Shown here piece after piece: positions 48,146 through 59,007 of a stretch of DNA of 64,000 bases. Under the pieces are notes generated by a model. That model was not told where the DNA came from and searched no databases. It saw only the letters and a list, made by a program, of their open reading frames with translations. Position 1 is the stretch's first letter; each line of letters starts with the position of its first letter. Location: assembly GCA_021741155.1 (NCBI GenBank), contig JAIOYP010000002.1, forward strand, positions 113,557-177,556. Direction: 5' to 3'. The DNA comes from Flavobacteriales bacterium. Lineage in GTDB: Bacteria; Bacteroidota; Bacteroidia; UBA10329. A program made the position numbers and the translations under genes.

Positions 48146-49120
48146 TTATTTCGTCCTATCAATCACAAAATTGACCAAATCAACCAGCGATTTTCTCGCC
48201 TCATTGTTCGGATACGACTCCAGCATAGCGAGCGCTTTCTGCTGATATTCCTTCATGCATTTCACGGTATATTCAATTCCACCTTTATCCCGAACCATCG
48301 CAATTACCTGAGCAACACGTTTTTCGTCCGTATTGTGGTTTTTGATGGTATTGATAATGAAGCGTTTTTCTGACCTGTCTGAATTGTTCAGCGCATAAAT
48401 CAGCGGCAACGTCATTTTCTTCTCCTTGATATCGATGCCTGTTGGTTTACCGATATTGGCATCGCTTCCATAATCGAACAAATCATCGCGAATTTGGAAG
48501 GCAATTCCGACTGTTTCTCCAAACAAACGCATCTGCTCAATAACTTCTTTGTCTTCCGAAACACTAGCAGCACCCGAAGCACAACAACTGGCAATAAGCG
48601 AAGCTGTCTTCTGCCGAATAATGTTGAAATAGACTTCCTCTGTGATGTCGAGTTTCCGCGCTTTCTCCATTTGAAGAAGCTCGCCTTCACTCATTTCTCG
48701 AACCGCATTTGAGGTGATTTCCAGCAAATGAAAATCCTTGTGTTTTACTGCTAGCAGAAGCCCTCGGCTCAGAAGATAATCACCAACCAAAACCGCCACT
48801 TTGTTCTTCCAAAGTGCGTTGATACTGAAAAACCCTCTTCGTTTGGAGGCATCGTCCACCACATCATCATGCACCAACGTTGCAGTATGTAACAACTCAA
48901 TAAGCGTTGCTGCACGATAAGTCTGGTCGTTCGTGTCAGACAGCATTTTTGCTGTGAGAAACACGAACATAGGGCGCATTTGTTTGCCCTTTCGTTTTAC
49001 TATATAATGGGTAATCTTATCAAGAAGTGCCACTTCGCTACGCATTGAAGAACGGAATCGTCCTTCAAATTCCTCCATTTCCAGCCTAACGGGCTGCTTT
49101 ATTTTATCGAGTGATGACAA
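48146..49120 (-). CDS. ispB: Polyprenyl (octaprenyl-type) diphosphate synthase
   Basis: GKQMRP, LVHDDVVD, RRG, KTA and FQIRDDLFD motifs. Confidence 0.92.
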   Translation of the reverse strand: MSSLDKIKQPVRLEMEEFEGRFRSSMRSEVALLDKITHYIVKRKGKQMRPMFVFLTAKMLSDTNDQTYRAATLIELLHTATLVHDDVVDDASKRRGFFSINALWKNKVAVLVGDYLLSRGLLLAVKHKDFHLLEITSNAVREMSEGELLQMEKARKLDITEEVYFNIIRQKTASLIASCCASGAASVSEDKEVIEQMRLFGETVGIAFQIRDDLFDYGSDANIGKPTGIDIKEKKMTLPLIYALNNSDRSEKRFIINTIKNHNTDEKRVAQVIAMVRDKGGIEYTVKCMKEYQQKALAMLESYPNNEARKSLVDLVNFVIDRTK

Positions 49121-49148
49121 GCTTGGCGAATGTAATCAAACAACATGT

Positions 49149-50192
49149 TTAGGCAGAAAGCTTATTCGCCAATTGTCCGCAAGCGGCATCAATGTCCTTT
49201 CCACGGCTTCTTCTGATGTTCACAATCAGATTCCGTTCTTCAAGAAACAATTTGAATTGATCCGTCTTAGCAATATCAGCCTTTTTGAACTCACCACCAT
49301 CAATCGGATTGTATTCGATAATGTTGATTTTGGTTGGAAAATTCTTACAGAATAAAGCAAGGTCTTTCGCGTCTTCAATAGAATCGTTGAAATCCTTGAA
49401 AATGATATATTCTAAAGTAGGACGTGTGCCTGTTTGCTCATAAAAATAGAGCATTTCCTCGGCCAAAATGGTCAGATTATTCGTCTCATTAATTGGCATG
49501 ATGTAGTCGCGCTTCTTCTCATTCGCAGCATGCAGCGATAACGCCAAATTGAATTTCACTTTATCATCTGCCAGCTTATGAATCATTTTGGCGATGCCAG
49601 CGGTGGAAACCGTAATTCGTTTTGGCGACATCCCAAGACCCTCAGGTGATGTAACTCGTTCAATGCTTTCGAGCACGTTTTTATAGTTCAAGAGCGGCTC
49701 GCCCATTCCCATATAAACGATATTGCTCAACGGAATTCCGTAGTGCTCCTCACTTTGCCGTGAGATATGAACCACCTGATCAAAAATCTCATCCGCATTC
49801 AAATTCCGCAATCGGTCCAACCGACCTGTTGCACAAAATTTACAACTCAAACTACAACCAATCTGAGACGAAATACAAGCCGTCATTCGGCTTGCTGTAG
49901 GAATCAGAACGCCCTCCACAAACTTTCCATCAGACGTTTTAAACGAACTTTTAATTGTTCGGTCTTCGCTAATTTGTTTCTCATCAACAGTCACTGCATT
50001 GATGCTGAAATGCTCTTCAAGCATATCGCGCGTTGGTTTGGAGAGATTTGTCATCTCATCAAACGATTGCGCTCCTTTCTTCCAAAGCCATTCACGAACC
50101 TGCTTGGCGCGGAAAGCCTTGTCGCCATTGTCGATGAAAAATGAAGTAATTTCATCATCACTCAATGCTCGTATGTCCTTTTTTTCGGTCAT
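49149..50192 (-). CDS. rlmN: 23S rRNA/tRNA m2A methyltransferase RlmN
   Basis: CISSQIGCSLSCKFCATG, MGMGEP, SLHA and DIDAACGQL motifs; start MTEKKD at 50192. Confidence 0.97.
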   Translation of the reverse strand: MTEKKDIRALSDDEITSFFIDNGDKAFRAKQVREWLWKKGAQSFDEMTNLSKPTRDMLEEHFSINAVTVDEKQISEDRTIKSSFKTSDGKFVEGVLIPTASRMTACISSQIGCSLSCKFCATGRLDRLRNLNADEIFDQVVHISRQSEEHYGIPLSNIVYMGMGEPLLNYKNVLESIERVTSPEGLGMSPKRITVSTAGIAKMIHKLADDKVKFNLALSLHAANEKKRDYIMPINETNNLTILAEEMLYFYEQTGTRPTLEYIIFKDFNDSIEDAKDLALFCKNFPTKINIIEYNPIDGGEFKKADIAKTDQFKLFLEERNLIVNIRRSRGKDIDAACGQLANKLSA

Positions 50193-50214
50193 TGTGCAAA
50201 GATACAGGCTTAAC

Positions 50215-51402
50215 ATGCGATTCCTTTCAGCAGACATCATCTTTCCTATTTACACCAACTCCATTCCCAACGGAATTCTGGCTGTAAGCGCCAACGGAAC
50301 TATTAATGATGTGCTATTACCTGATGATGAAAATGCTCCTGACCCAAGTAGAATAGAGCGTTTTGAAGGCGCGCTGTGTCCAGGTTTCATCAACGCACAC
50401 TGCCATCTGGAGCTATCTCATATGAAAGGAGTAGTTGCGGAGAAAACGGGACTTCCTAAGTTCATAACTGAGATTGTGACCAGACGAGAAGAAAATTCGG
50501 AGATGAAAATGGAGTCCATTCGATTGGCTGATGAAGAAATGTGGAGAAATGGCATTCAAGCCGTGGGCGACATTTGCAATACTGCAGATACACTTGAAAC
50601 GAAGCGAAATAGCCGTGTTGAATACCATTCATTCGTTGAAGTATTCTCCTTTGACCCGGCCAAGGCCGAGGCTGTTTTGAAAGAAGGCATTCGCGTAGCT
50701 GACCTATACCGTCAGGCCGATTTGCGTGCAAGCATCGTTCCACATGCGCCTTATTCGGTAAGTGAGCAGCTTTTTGCAGGAATCGCAGCGCAACAAAGTC
50801 GATTTTCAGGACCAATCAGTATTCACAATCAGGAGACTGAAAGTGAAGATGAAATGTTCGTTTCGGGAACAGGCGAGTTGGTTGAAACATTCAAAGGGTT
50901 TGGTGCGGATTTCACCAATTTCAATCCTCAGAAAAGAAGTGCACTAGATTATGCGTTACCTCAATTGCCCAAGAATCAAAATGTGATTCTCATTCACAAC
51001 ACGTGCTCTAAACAAGAGGAATTCGGTTACGTTGATTCGGTAAGAAACGATGTATTCTGGTGCACCTGCGCTCAAGCCAACAAGTATATCGAAAACCGAA
51101 TCCCTAACCTTCCGCTATGGCTTGAAAAGCAAGCGAAAATTTGCATTGGAACCGACAGTTTGGCTAGTAATCATCAACTATCTATCCTCGAAGAATTGAA
51201 GTTGATTCAATCAAACTACCTCGACATCAAACTTGCCGAATTGCTTAAAATGGCAACGTTAACCGGTGCAAAAGCATTGAATATGGACAAAGAAAAAGGC
51301 AGTTTCCTTAAAGGGAAACTGCCTGGAGTTCTTTGGTTGAAAAATGTGAATCTAAACGAAGGTCTTTTTACAGAAACAAGTTCCGTTCAGCGGCTTTTTT
51401 AA
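50215..51402 (+). CDS. Metal-dependent amidohydrolase (nucleoside deaminase-like)
   Basis: PGFINAHCHLELS, PHAPYS, HNQE and GTDSLASN motifs; start MRFLSAD at 50215. Confidence 0.88.
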   Translation: MRFLSADIIFPIYTNSIPNGILAVSANGTINDVLLPDDENAPDPSRIERFEGALCPGFINAHCHLELSHMKGVVAEKTGLPKFITEIVTRREENSEMKMESIRLADEEMWRNGIQAVGDICNTADTLETKRNSRVEYHSFVEVFSFDPAKAEAVLKEGIRVADLYRQADLRASIVPHAPYSVSEQLFAGIAAQQSRFSGPISIHNQETESEDEMFVSGTGELVETFKGFGADFTNFNPQKRSALDYALPQLPKNQNVILIHNTCSKQEEFGYVDSVRNDVFWCTCAQANKYIENRIPNLPLWLEKQAKICIGTDSLASNHQLSILEELKLIQSNYLDIKLAELLKMATLTGAKALNMDKEKGSFLKGKLPGVLWLKNVNLNEGLFTETSSVQRLF

Positions 51403-51960
51403 TTACCACTCATCGCTAGCTGCGCCTTCAGCTTTGGCAATTCCTTTAGTCATTTCTTCAATCATATTCTGAATTTCAGTATCAACATCTGTCAGATAGT
51501 ATGCATGATTTTTTGCGTTTGCATCTTCCTTATCCAACCACTTTTCTAATGGCTCATAGCTTGTGGCTTTCAGATTCAAGTCAGTAACCGTGTACTTGTA
51601 TCTACCATCACGGAAACGCAACGTCAATGTGTATTGAACCAATCCTTGCGTACTTGTTGTCTTTACACCTTTTGCATCGTAGACAAAAATCGGGAATCGA
51701 ACAAAAATCTCCATTTCGCCAGCTTCACGGTCTTGCTTTCTCAGTTTCTCTGCAAAATTCTTGTGGTATTTTCCGCCCCATTTCAAGGCTCTATCAAACA
51801 GGTCTTGAGCCGAAACACCGCCTACTTCTGGCACTCCAGAATAGGTAATCAATTTGGTAGATGCGTCTAGCTTCATTGCTGGCCAGCTCAATTCTACTTT
51901 TTTTTGAGCCATCAGGCCAAACGGAAGGGATGCCATAAGCACCAATGCTAAAATTCTCAT
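51403..51960 (-). CDS. DUF4468-like exported protein
   Basis: Signal peptide; LFDRALKW and YTLTLRFRDGRYKY motifs; C-terminal DEW. Confidence 0.7.
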   Translation of the reverse strand: MRILALVLMASLPFGLMAQKKVELSWPAMKLDASTKLITYSGVPEVGGVSAQDLFDRALKWGGKYHKNFAEKLRKQDREAGEMEIFVRFPIFVYDAKGVKTTSTQGLVQYTLTLRFRDGRYKYTVTDLNLKATSYEPLEKWLDKEDANAKNHAYYLTDVDTEIQNMIEEMTKGIAKAEGAASDEW

Positions 51961-51986
51961 GTTGTAAAAATAAAGGTTGAAATTAA

Positions 51987-53030
51987 TCAGTTTGCGTTGG
52001 CAGTGTCTTCAAATTCCTCGCCAAGTTTTCCTAATCCGATGGATGTGTAGTAATTATTGAATAGGTTAACCGCCACATTATATCGTTCTGCCTTTGTTTC
52101 TACCCCCAAAAGAATGGTTATTACCCGATGATTGCAACGCTTTGAAGTAGCAACAATGCAATATTTGGCAGCATTCGTAAAGCCTGTTTTGAGTCCATCA
52201 ATCTCACCGTAATCTTTGACAAGCGTATTTCGGGTTTCATAGGTATAAATACCGTTTGCGTTCTGAATTTTTTCTGTGCTGCGAGATGTCATGTCCATTA
52301 TGCCATCGTGTTTGACTAAATCACGGGCAAGTAGCAAAAGATCAGCTGCGGTTGACTCATTATCTGATAGTTCGTTCGATTTCACAGGCATTCCTGTTGA
52401 ATTGGCGAAACACGTACTCTCCATACCAAGACCTTCTGCTTTTTCATTCATTAAACGAACAAAATCCTCTTCGGTACCTCCAACGTGCTCAGCCAAAGCA
52501 TAAGCAGCATCATTTCCAGACCGAATCATGGCGGCCTCAAGAAGATCGGCTACACTCAGCTTTTGTCCTGCTTTTAACCAAACGCACGAGCCACCAACGC
52601 AGGTTGCCTTTGGAGTAATCTTGACCAAATCTTCGAGACCAATCTTTCCAGCCTGAATTTGTTCCATTGTAATCAAAGCCACCATCATTTTTGTGAGGGA
52701 TGCGATAGGAAATTTTTGGTTCAGATTTTTCTCATAAACCAAACTGTTTTCATTAAAATCGTAAACCAAAGCGGCCTTAAACAACGATGGTTCGTAGGCC
52801 AACGTGCTGTCAAGTTGAATATTTATGTAGTCAAATTGTTTACGAGGTGGTTCTTCTTTTACCAGCTCAGGCTCTCCTTTTGGAGTTTCAGACCAACCGA
52901 ATAAAACGGTTGGTTCGGAGAAGAGAAGCACCAGAAATAACAAAAATGGGGTAACAAGTAGCCCAACAGACTTCAGTTTTTGAGCTGCGGATGTACTTGA
53001 ATTAAGGTTAGTTGATTCCATTCGGCACAA
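51987..53030 (-). CDS. D-alanyl-D-alanine carboxypeptidase (peptidase S11)
   Basis: SLTK, SGN and KTG penicillin-binding motifs; start may be 53021. Confidence 0.92.
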   Translation of the reverse strand: MCRMESTNLNSSTSAAQKLKSVGLLVTPFLLFLVLLFSEPTVLFGWSETPKGEPELVKEEPPRKQFDYINIQLDSTLAYEPSLFKAALVYDFNENSLVYEKNLNQKFPIASLTKMMVALITMEQIQAGKIGLEDLVKITPKATCVGGSCVWLKAGQKLSVADLLEAAMIRSGNDAAYALAEHVGGTEEDFVRLMNEKAEGLGMESTCFANSTGMPVKSNELSDNESTAADLLLLARDLVKHDGIMDMTSRSTEKIQNANGIYTYETRNTLVKDYGEIDGLKTGFTNAAKYCIVATSKRCNHRVITILLGVETKAERYNVAVNLFNNYYTSIGLGKLGEEFEDTANAN

Positions 53031-53097
53031 TTATACTTATCTCACACACTAAAGGTTAGTCTTAGCCACATAAAACTGTTAACATGAAATTGTTAAT

Positions 53098-53778
53098 TCA
53101 ATCTGTATTGATTCGTCTTGTAAATATCAATTGGGCCAATTCAAGGTCAATCGGGGTTGTAATTTTGATGTTTTCGTCATTTCCATCGATTAGAAGAATT
53201 TTCTGACCAGCTGCCTCTACAACGGTAGCATCGTCAGAATAGTCTGTATTTAACGCAGATCCGAACGCCTTTTTTAGAACCGAGGTTTGAAAGCACTGGG
53301 GAGTTTGAACCGCGCAATAGTTATTTCGATCCACAGCTTCGCTGATTCCCTGATTCAATTTTCGCAAACTTTGCACGATTGGAATGGTGGGAATGGCCGC
53401 ACCACCCGAACTTGCAGCAGCAAAACAGGCATCAACCATTGTTTTTGACGGAAAAGGTCGCACGCCATCATGCACGCCAACCAAATCTGAATCTACCACT
53501 TTTGCTAGTCCGTTTTTTACGGAAAGAAAGCGCGTTTCGCCACCCTCAGCCAATTCGTGCTCAAGCAAAAAGCCGTGCTTTTTCTTCAACTCATCCCAAA
53601 CTGAAAATTGACTTACTGGAAGAACCAAAATCAACTGCTTGGTTTTGTCCATTGCGTGCAGATTCTCCAATGTGTGCATAAGAATCGGTTTGCCGTTCAG
53701 TTCAATAAACTGCTTAGGAATTTCGGCTCCCATTCGAGTTCCGCTTCCACCAGCCACAATTATCATGCTTTTCTTCAT
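53098..53778 (-). CDS. ispD: 2-C-methyl-D-erythritol 4-phosphate cytidylyltransferase
   Basis: AGGSGTRMG, PKQF, VHDGVRP, QTPQ and NIKITT motifs. Confidence 0.95.
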   Translation of the reverse strand: MKKSMIIVAGGSGTRMGAEIPKQFIELNGKPILMHTLENLHAMDKTKQLILVLPVSQFSVWDELKKKHGFLLEHELAEGGETRFLSVKNGLAKVVDSDLVGVHDGVRPFPSKTMVDACFAAASSGGAAIPTIPIVQSLRKLNQGISEAVDRNNYCAVQTPQCFQTSVLKKAFGSALNTDYSDDATVVEAAGQKILLIDGNDENIKITTPIDLELAQLIFTRRINTD

Positions 53779-53812
53779 AAAAAAATCCCGATTCTCTAAT
53801 TGAGAATCGGGA
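53779..53812 (-). terminator. Intrinsic terminator after queA; its U-tract abuts the ispD ATG
   Basis: tcccgattctc-taatt-gagaatcggga with T7 on the minus strand. Confidence 0.8.
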
Positions 53813-53836
53813 CTGAAATTAAGGTTTATGTGTTGA

Positions 53837-54886
53837 TCAAAGAATCAGCATCGCATCTCCGTAGGAGTAGAATCTGTATTTCTCCTTAATGGCTTGATCG
53901 TAAGCTTCGCGCATGAAATCATAACCAGCAAACGCTGCCACCATCATCAACAAAGTTGACTGCGGCATGTGGAAATTTGTCACCATACAATTTGCAACAT
54001 TGAAATCGTAAGGAGGAAAAATGAACTTGTTTGTCCATCCTTCATACGGCTTCATATCTCCAGTGGTACTAACTGATGTTTCCGAAGCTCTAACAGTAGT
54101 TGTTCCGATGGCGCAAACTTTCTTTTTAGCAGCCCTTGATGCATTGACAATATCACACGCTTCTTGCGTAATAATCAATTGCTCACTGTCCATTTTGTGC
54201 TTGGTAAGATCTTCCACCTCAACTGGACGAAATGTTCCAAGACCAATATGTAAGGTTATTTCAGCGAAATTCACTCCTTTCAACTCCAATCTTTTAAGCA
54301 ATTGCTTGCTAAAATGAAGTCCAGCTGTTGGCGCTGCAACTGCTCCTTCATGCTTGGCGAAAACCGTTTGATAACGCTCTTCATCTTCTGGCTCGGCAGC
54401 ACGCTTGATGTATTTGGGAAGTGGCGTTTCTCCTAGTCCAAAAATGGTCTCTTTGAATTGCTCATGCGTTCCATCAAACAAGAAACGGAGTGTTCGTCCA
54501 CGAGAAGTTGTGTTGTCAATTACTTCAGCAACAAGGCTATCATCATCACCGAAATACAATTTATTTCCTATTCTGATTTTACGAGCTGGATCCACTAAAA
54601 CATCCCAAAGGATGCTTTCGCGATTCAATTCACGAAGTAGAAAAACTTCGATTTGCGCTTCCGTTTTTTCCTTCTTACCAATTAATCGAGCTGGAAAAAC
54701 CTTGGTATTGTTTAAAAGGAATGAATCTCCATCATCGAAATAATCGAGAATGTCTTTAAATGTTCTATGCTCAATTGTGCCCTTTTTGCGGTCCATAACC
54801 ATCAATCGGCTTTCTTCTCGGTCTTGAGATGGATGATAGGCAATTAGTTCTTGAGGAATGTTGAATTTGAATTGTGATAATTTCAT
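53837..54886 (-). CDS. queA: tRNA preQ1 S-adenosylmethionine ribosyltransferase-isomerase
   Basis: [29 protein letters not shown] and RFYSYGDAM motifs. Confidence 0.98.
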   Translation of the reverse strand: MKLSQFKFNIPQELIAYHPSQDREESRLMVMDRKKGTIEHRTFKDILDYFDDGDSFLLNNTKVFPARLIGKKEKTEAQIEVFLLRELNRESILWDVLVDPARKIRIGNKLYFGDDDSLVAEVIDNTTSRGRTLRFLFDGTHEQFKETIFGLGETPLPKYIKRAAEPEDEERYQTVFAKHEGAVAAPTAGLHFSKQLLKRLELKGVNFAEITLHIGLGTFRPVEVEDLTKHKMDSEQLIITQEACDIVNASRAAKKKVCAIGTTTVRASETSVSTTGDMKPYEGWTNKFIFPPYDFNVANCMVTNFHMPQSTLLMMVAAFAGYDFMREAYDQAIKEKYRFYSYGDAMLIL

Positions 54887-54976
54887 TGTGTTTGTTTTGA
54901 GCTTACGGGCCCATTTTTATGGGGGTGCGAAATTAAGAAAATGGTTGATTGAATTCAGACTAGGAAGTCTTCAAGC

Positions 54977-55696
54977 CTAATCTCCGTGCAATAACGCCTG
55001 AAATTGATCTGCGCTAATAGCGTCTTCCACGCTGAATTTTCCGATTTTGGTTCGTCTCAACGCGGATAGATATCCACCCGAGTTCACTGCTTTTCCAAAG
55101 TCGTATGCTACCGATCGGATGTAGGTTCCTTTAGAACACGCCACTCGAAAATCAACCTCAATAGTTTCAGAATTTCTTCTGATGGTAATTACCTCAAACT
55201 CCTTAATCGTGACAAGTTTCGTATTCAACTTCACGTCTTTTCCTGCCCGAGCCAAATCATAAGCACGCTTGCCATCAACTTGTTTAGCAGAAAAAATAGG
55301 TGGCATTTGGTGATGTTCACCAACCATTTCTGTAGCCGTCTTACGAATCAATTCGTCCGTAATATGTTCAACAGGAAAAGTCTCGTTCACTTCTGTCTCC
55401 AAATCGTATGATGGCGTGGTTGCGCCAATGGTGATTGTTCCTGTATATTCCTTCTCAGCATCTTGAATGGAGCTGATTGTCTTGGTAGACTTTCCTGTAC
55501 AAATCACCAAAAGCCCAGTAGCAAGCGGATCCAAAGTTCCAGCATGGCCGACTTTGATATTCTTAAGCTTCAGCTTTCGCTTAATAATGCCACGTACACG
55601 ATTAACGATGGAAAATGAGGTGGGTCCGTACGGTTTATCGAACAGCAACACTTCGCCCTTTACAAAATCGAACTCAGAAAACTCCGACTGCATCAT
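54977..55696 (-). CDS. truB: tRNA pseudouridine(55) synthase
   Basis: [20 protein letters not shown] and CSKGTYIRS motifs. Confidence 0.97.
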   Translation of the reverse strand: MMQSEFSEFDFVKGEVLLFDKPYGPTSFSIVNRVRGIIKRKLKLKNIKVGHAGTLDPLATGLLVICTGKSTKTISSIQDAEKEYTGTITIGATTPSYDLETEVNETFPVEHITDELIRKTATEMVGEHHQMPPIFSAKQVDGKRAYDLARAGKDVKLNTKLVTIKEFEVITIRRNSETIEVDFRVACSKGTYIRSVAYDFGKAVNSGGYLSALRRTKIGKFSVEDAISADQFQALLHGD

Positions 55697-56472
55697 ACGA
55701 TAGAAAGGTCATAGCCCAAGGCCAGCATCAACAGAATCAGTCCTCCAACAACGATGCGGTACCAGCCGAAGAGTTTGAACCCATAGCGCGTGAGGAAAGT
55801 GATGAAGAATTTGATGGCTGCCATTGCCACTAAAAAGGCAACAACATTACCAAAAAGAAGAATACCAATATTATCTGCGGTGATGTGCTCGTATCCTTTC
55901 AGTAGCTTATATGAAGCGGCAGCAAACATGGTGGGAACAGCTAAGAAGAATGAAAATTCAGCTGCTGTTTTTCTGTCGTATTTCAGCGCCATACCACCAA
56001 CAATGCTGGCTGCCGAGCGCGAAACTCCAGGAATCATTGCCAAACATTGAAAAAGTCCAATAATGAATCCATTCTTATAGGTTATCTCCTTAGGTTCTCC
56101 ATCATTAAAAAGTTTGTCAACAAACAAGAGGAAAATGCCACCTACAAGTAGCATCACAGCAACTACAGTTGCACTTTCTAAAAGAGCATCGATATAATCA
56201 TTGAGGAGCAGACCAATAACAGCTGCTGGAATAAAAGCCACAAACAGTTTGAAATAAAAATCGAGCGATTGGAAAAACTTTCTCCAATAAAGCACGACCA
56301 CCGAAAGAATGGCTCCGAACTGAATGTTCACTTCAAATACCTTCACAAAATCGCTTTCATTGATACCCATTAGGGCCGAAGCAATAATCATGTGTCCAGT
56401 TGAGGATACTGGAAGAAATTCTGTAATTCCCTCAATAATGGCCAGAATGAGGGCTTCCCAAAAACCCATCAA
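55693..56472 (-). CDS. uppP: Undecaprenyl-diphosphate phosphatase
   Basis: [20 protein letters not shown] and AAEFSF motifs. Confidence 0.97.
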   Translation of the reverse strand: MMGFWEALILAIIEGITEFLPVSSTGHMIIASALMGINESDFVKVFEVNIQFGAILSVVVLYWRKFFQSLDFYFKLFVAFIPAAVIGLLLNDYIDALLESATVVAVMLLVGGIFLLFVDKLFNDGEPKEITYKNGFIIGLFQCLAMIPGVSRSAASIVGGMALKYDRKTAAEFSFFLAVPTMFAAASYKLLKGYEHITADNIGILLFGNVVAFLVAMAAIKFFITFLTRYGFKLFGWYRIVVGGLILLMLALGYDLSIV

Positions 56473-56721
56473 TTACGACTTGGCGCGATACATAATGCCG
56501 ATAATTTCCAACGCAAAACCTGCGAGAACGACCAATGGAGCAACCGTAATTCGAGTAGTGCTAAAAATTTCGGTGCTGAACACGTTCGGATCATCAGAAG
56601 CACCACCAGCCATCAGCACAAATCCAACAATAATAACCACCATTCCTACACCCGTAATGACGTAATTCTCTTTTCCGAATGCGAATTCTTTTTCGCTGTT
56701 TCCTTGCTCGCTCATGTTCAA
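56473..56721 (-). CDS. DUF3098 membrane protein
   Basis: FGKENY, GFVLMAGG and RITVAP motifs; conserved ftsX-DUF3098-uppP-truB order. Confidence 0.9.
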   Translation of the reverse strand: MNMSEQGNSEKEFAFGKENYVITGVGMVVIIVGFVLMAGGASDDPNVFSTEIFSTTRITVAPLVVLAGFALEIIGIMYRAKS

Positions 56722-57596
56722 TAATAAAGTTCGTCCGCGTTCAAGCGGAGATATTTTCTAACTGCAAAAGTCGTACTTAAGAATGAGATGATAAGCCCTA
56801 AAGCCAGCACCGCACCAAAAAGCGTAAATACAATTTCAATGTCTTCTAAACCGAACAATTCGGGGATATTCTGACTTGCCAAGTAGATGACTCCTGCAAG
56901 CAACACATTGGCCACAACTGCACCTACAATTCCACGCAAAATACCTTCAACCACAAACGGTTTCCGAATAAATGCCTGCGTAGCCCCAACCAGTTTCATT
57001 GAATTAATCAGGAAGCGTTTTGAATAGATTGAAAGTCGAATGTTGTTGTTGATAAGGGAAATCGCGATTAGAGACAAAAGCCCACAGAAAATCAAGATTA
57101 CAATCCCCGCTTTCCGCACGTTTCTGTTAATCACACGGATTAAATCCACCGGATAATCAATCTCGAAAATCATCGGGTTTTCCAACAGCTCAGATTTGAT
57201 TTCGACAATCCCATCCTCGTTCGCATACTCCGATTTGATTTTCACATCAATCGAACGCTTTAGCGGATTGTAGCCCATAAAGCCGACAAAATCCTCACCC
57301 AAAACTTCCTTCAAATGCTCGGCAGCCTCGTCTTGAGAAATGTAATTCGTGCTTCGTGCAAAGTCTGAAGCGTCCAAAAACTTCTGAAATTGAAGAATAT
57401 CCACATCCTTCGCCTCATCTTTCATGTAAATCGTGAAACCGATATTCTCCTTCACATATCCCGAAAGCGCATTGGCATAAAGCAAGGTTAAACCAAGCAA
57501 TCCGAGCATAAAAAGCACCAGCGAAATACTCACCACTGCCGTCACATTGCTCGACAATATCTGTTTTTTATGCGCTTTTTCTTCTGGTGTTGCCAT
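56718..57596 (-). CDS. ftsX: Cell division permease FtsX
   Basis: SISLVLFMLG, GYNPL and IRLSIYSKRFLINSMKLVGAT motifs. Confidence 0.93.
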   Translation of the reverse strand: MATPEEKAHKKQILSSNVTAVVSISLVLFMLGLLGLTLLYANALSGYVKENIGFTIYMKDEAKDVDILQFQKFLDASDFARSTNYISQDEAAEHLKEVLGEDFVGFMGYNPLKRSIDVKIKSEYANEDGIVEIKSELLENPMIFEIDYPVDLIRVINRNVRKAGIVILIFCGLLSLIAISLINNNIRLSIYSKRFLINSMKLVGATQAFIRKPFVVEGILRGIVGAVVANVLLAGVIYLASQNIPELFGLEDIEIVFTLFGAVLALGLIISFLSTTFAVRKYLRLNADELYY

Positions 57597-57667
57597 CTCC
57601 GATTGGGTCGGACGAAATTACACTTTTTGAACCGCGACCAATGGCCATTTAACGCAATTTAAGGTCT

Positions 57668-58258
57668 TCAAGACTGATGTCGCGATTTTAGAACAGCTTC
57701 AACGTCTTCCAACGATTTTCCTTTGGCTGTCAACAGAACCAAATAATGGAACAGTAAGTCGGCAGATTCATTCAGGAATAGCTCATCGTTATCATCCTTC
57801 GCCTCAATCACCGTTTCAATCGCTTCTTCCCCTACTTTCTGAGCAATCTTATTGATTCCTTTTTCAAACAACGAAGTCGTGTACGATTTCTCGCTCGGAT
57901 TCGCTTTTCGGTCTTCTATAATTCGTTGCAATTGATGCACAAAACCGCTAGCATCAGCATTGCCAAAACACGTGTCTGTTCCCTTATGGCAGGTTGGTCC
58001 CACAGGTTCTGCCTGAATCAAAAGCGTGTCGTTGTCGCAATCAACTTCGATTGACTTCAGCAACAAAAAGTTACCCGATTCCTCACCTTTCGTCCAAAGT
58101 CGTTGTTTGCTGCGCGAAAAGAAAGTCACCTTTCCGTCAGCCTGCGTTTTGGTCAATGCTTCCTCGTTCATATACCCCAACATCAGCACCGTTTTGGTGG
58201 CGTAATGCTGAATAATGACAGGAACCAGCCCATCGCCTTTGCTAAAATCTATGTTCAT
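57668..58258 (-). CDS. hisIE: Bifunctional PR-AMP cyclohydrolase / PR-ATP pyrophosphatase
   Basis: [22 protein letters not shown] and KVGEEA motifs. Confidence 0.97.
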   Translation of the reverse strand: MNIDFSKGDGLVPVIIQHYATKTVLMLGYMNEEALTKTQADGKVTFFSRSKQRLWTKGEESGNFLLLKSIEVDCDNDTLLIQAEPVGPTCHKGTDTCFGNADASGFVHQLQRIIEDRKANPSEKSYTTSLFEKGINKIAQKVGEEAIETVIEAKDDNDELFLNESADLLFHYLVLLTAKGKSLEDVEAVLKSRHQS

Positions 58259-59007
58259 CTTACTGGAATTCCTTTCGTTCTTAATTCGTTTTTGAGTTGC
58301 GGGATGGGCACTTCGCCAAAGTGAAAAATACTGGCGGCCAAGGCGGCATCCACACCTGTTTTTTCAAATACATCTATAAAATGCTGGGCATTGCCTGCTC
58401 CGCCAGATGCAATGATTGGGACATGCGTTATTGCATTCAATTCTTTAAGTAATTCAATAGCAAAACCACCTTTTGTGCCGTCATGTTCCATAGATGTGAC
58501 GAGCAATTCGCCTGCGCCAAGTTCCTCCGCTTGTTTTGCCCACTCGAAAACGTCAAGTTCTGTGGCTGTTCTTCCGCCATGCGTAAATACACGCCATTTT
58601 CCATCCACCTTTCCAGCATCAATTGCCACCACCACACATTGATTACCGAATTCATTGGCAAGCTCAGAAATGAGTTCAGGTCGTTTGACTGCCGATGAGT
58701 TGATGCTCACTTTATCGGCACCAGCGGCCAAGAGTTTTTCTACATCGGAAACAGAACTGATACCTCCACCAACGGTGAATGGAATATTGATTTCCTCCGC
58801 GATATGTCCGACCAACTCTGCAAACGTTTTTCGTCCTTCTACGGTAGCGGTTATGTCGAGGAAAACCAATTCATCTGCTCCTTGCTCAACATAAACTTTC
58901 GCCAATTCAATTGGGTCCCCAGCGTCTCTAATATCCACAAAATTGACACCCTTTACGGTGCGGCCATCTTTGATATCCAAGCACGGTATGATGCGTTTTT
59001 TTAACAA
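58255..59007 (-). CDS. hisF: Imidazole glycerol phosphate synthase cyclase subunit (TTG start)
   Basis: [25 protein letters not shown] and LAASIFH motifs. Confidence 0.98.
   Translation of the reverse strand: MLKKRIIPCLDIKDGRTVKGVNFVDIRDAGDPIELAKVYVEQGADELVFLDITATVEGRKTFAELVGHIAEEINIPFTVGGGISSVSDVEKLLAAGADKVSINSSAVKRPELISELANEFGNQCVVVAIDAGKVDGKWRVFTHGGRTATELDVFEWAKQAEELGAGELLVTSMEHDGTKGGFAIELLKELNAITHVPIIASGGAGNAQHFIDVFEKTGVDAALAASIFHFGEVPIPQLKNELRTKGIPVR

Noticed and set aside
49999-50214. Long N-terminal extensions in the ORF track (amidohydrolase, rlmN, kbl, glgA-like, gmhA, hisH, DUF983, DoxX)
   Set aside because: They overlap neighbouring genes, promoters or repeats; downstream ATGs match the family N-termini.
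54887-54935. preQ1 riboswitch upstream of queA
   Set aside because: The hairpin loop is AAAA and lacks the conserved preQ1-I loop and pseudoknot-forming 3' tail.
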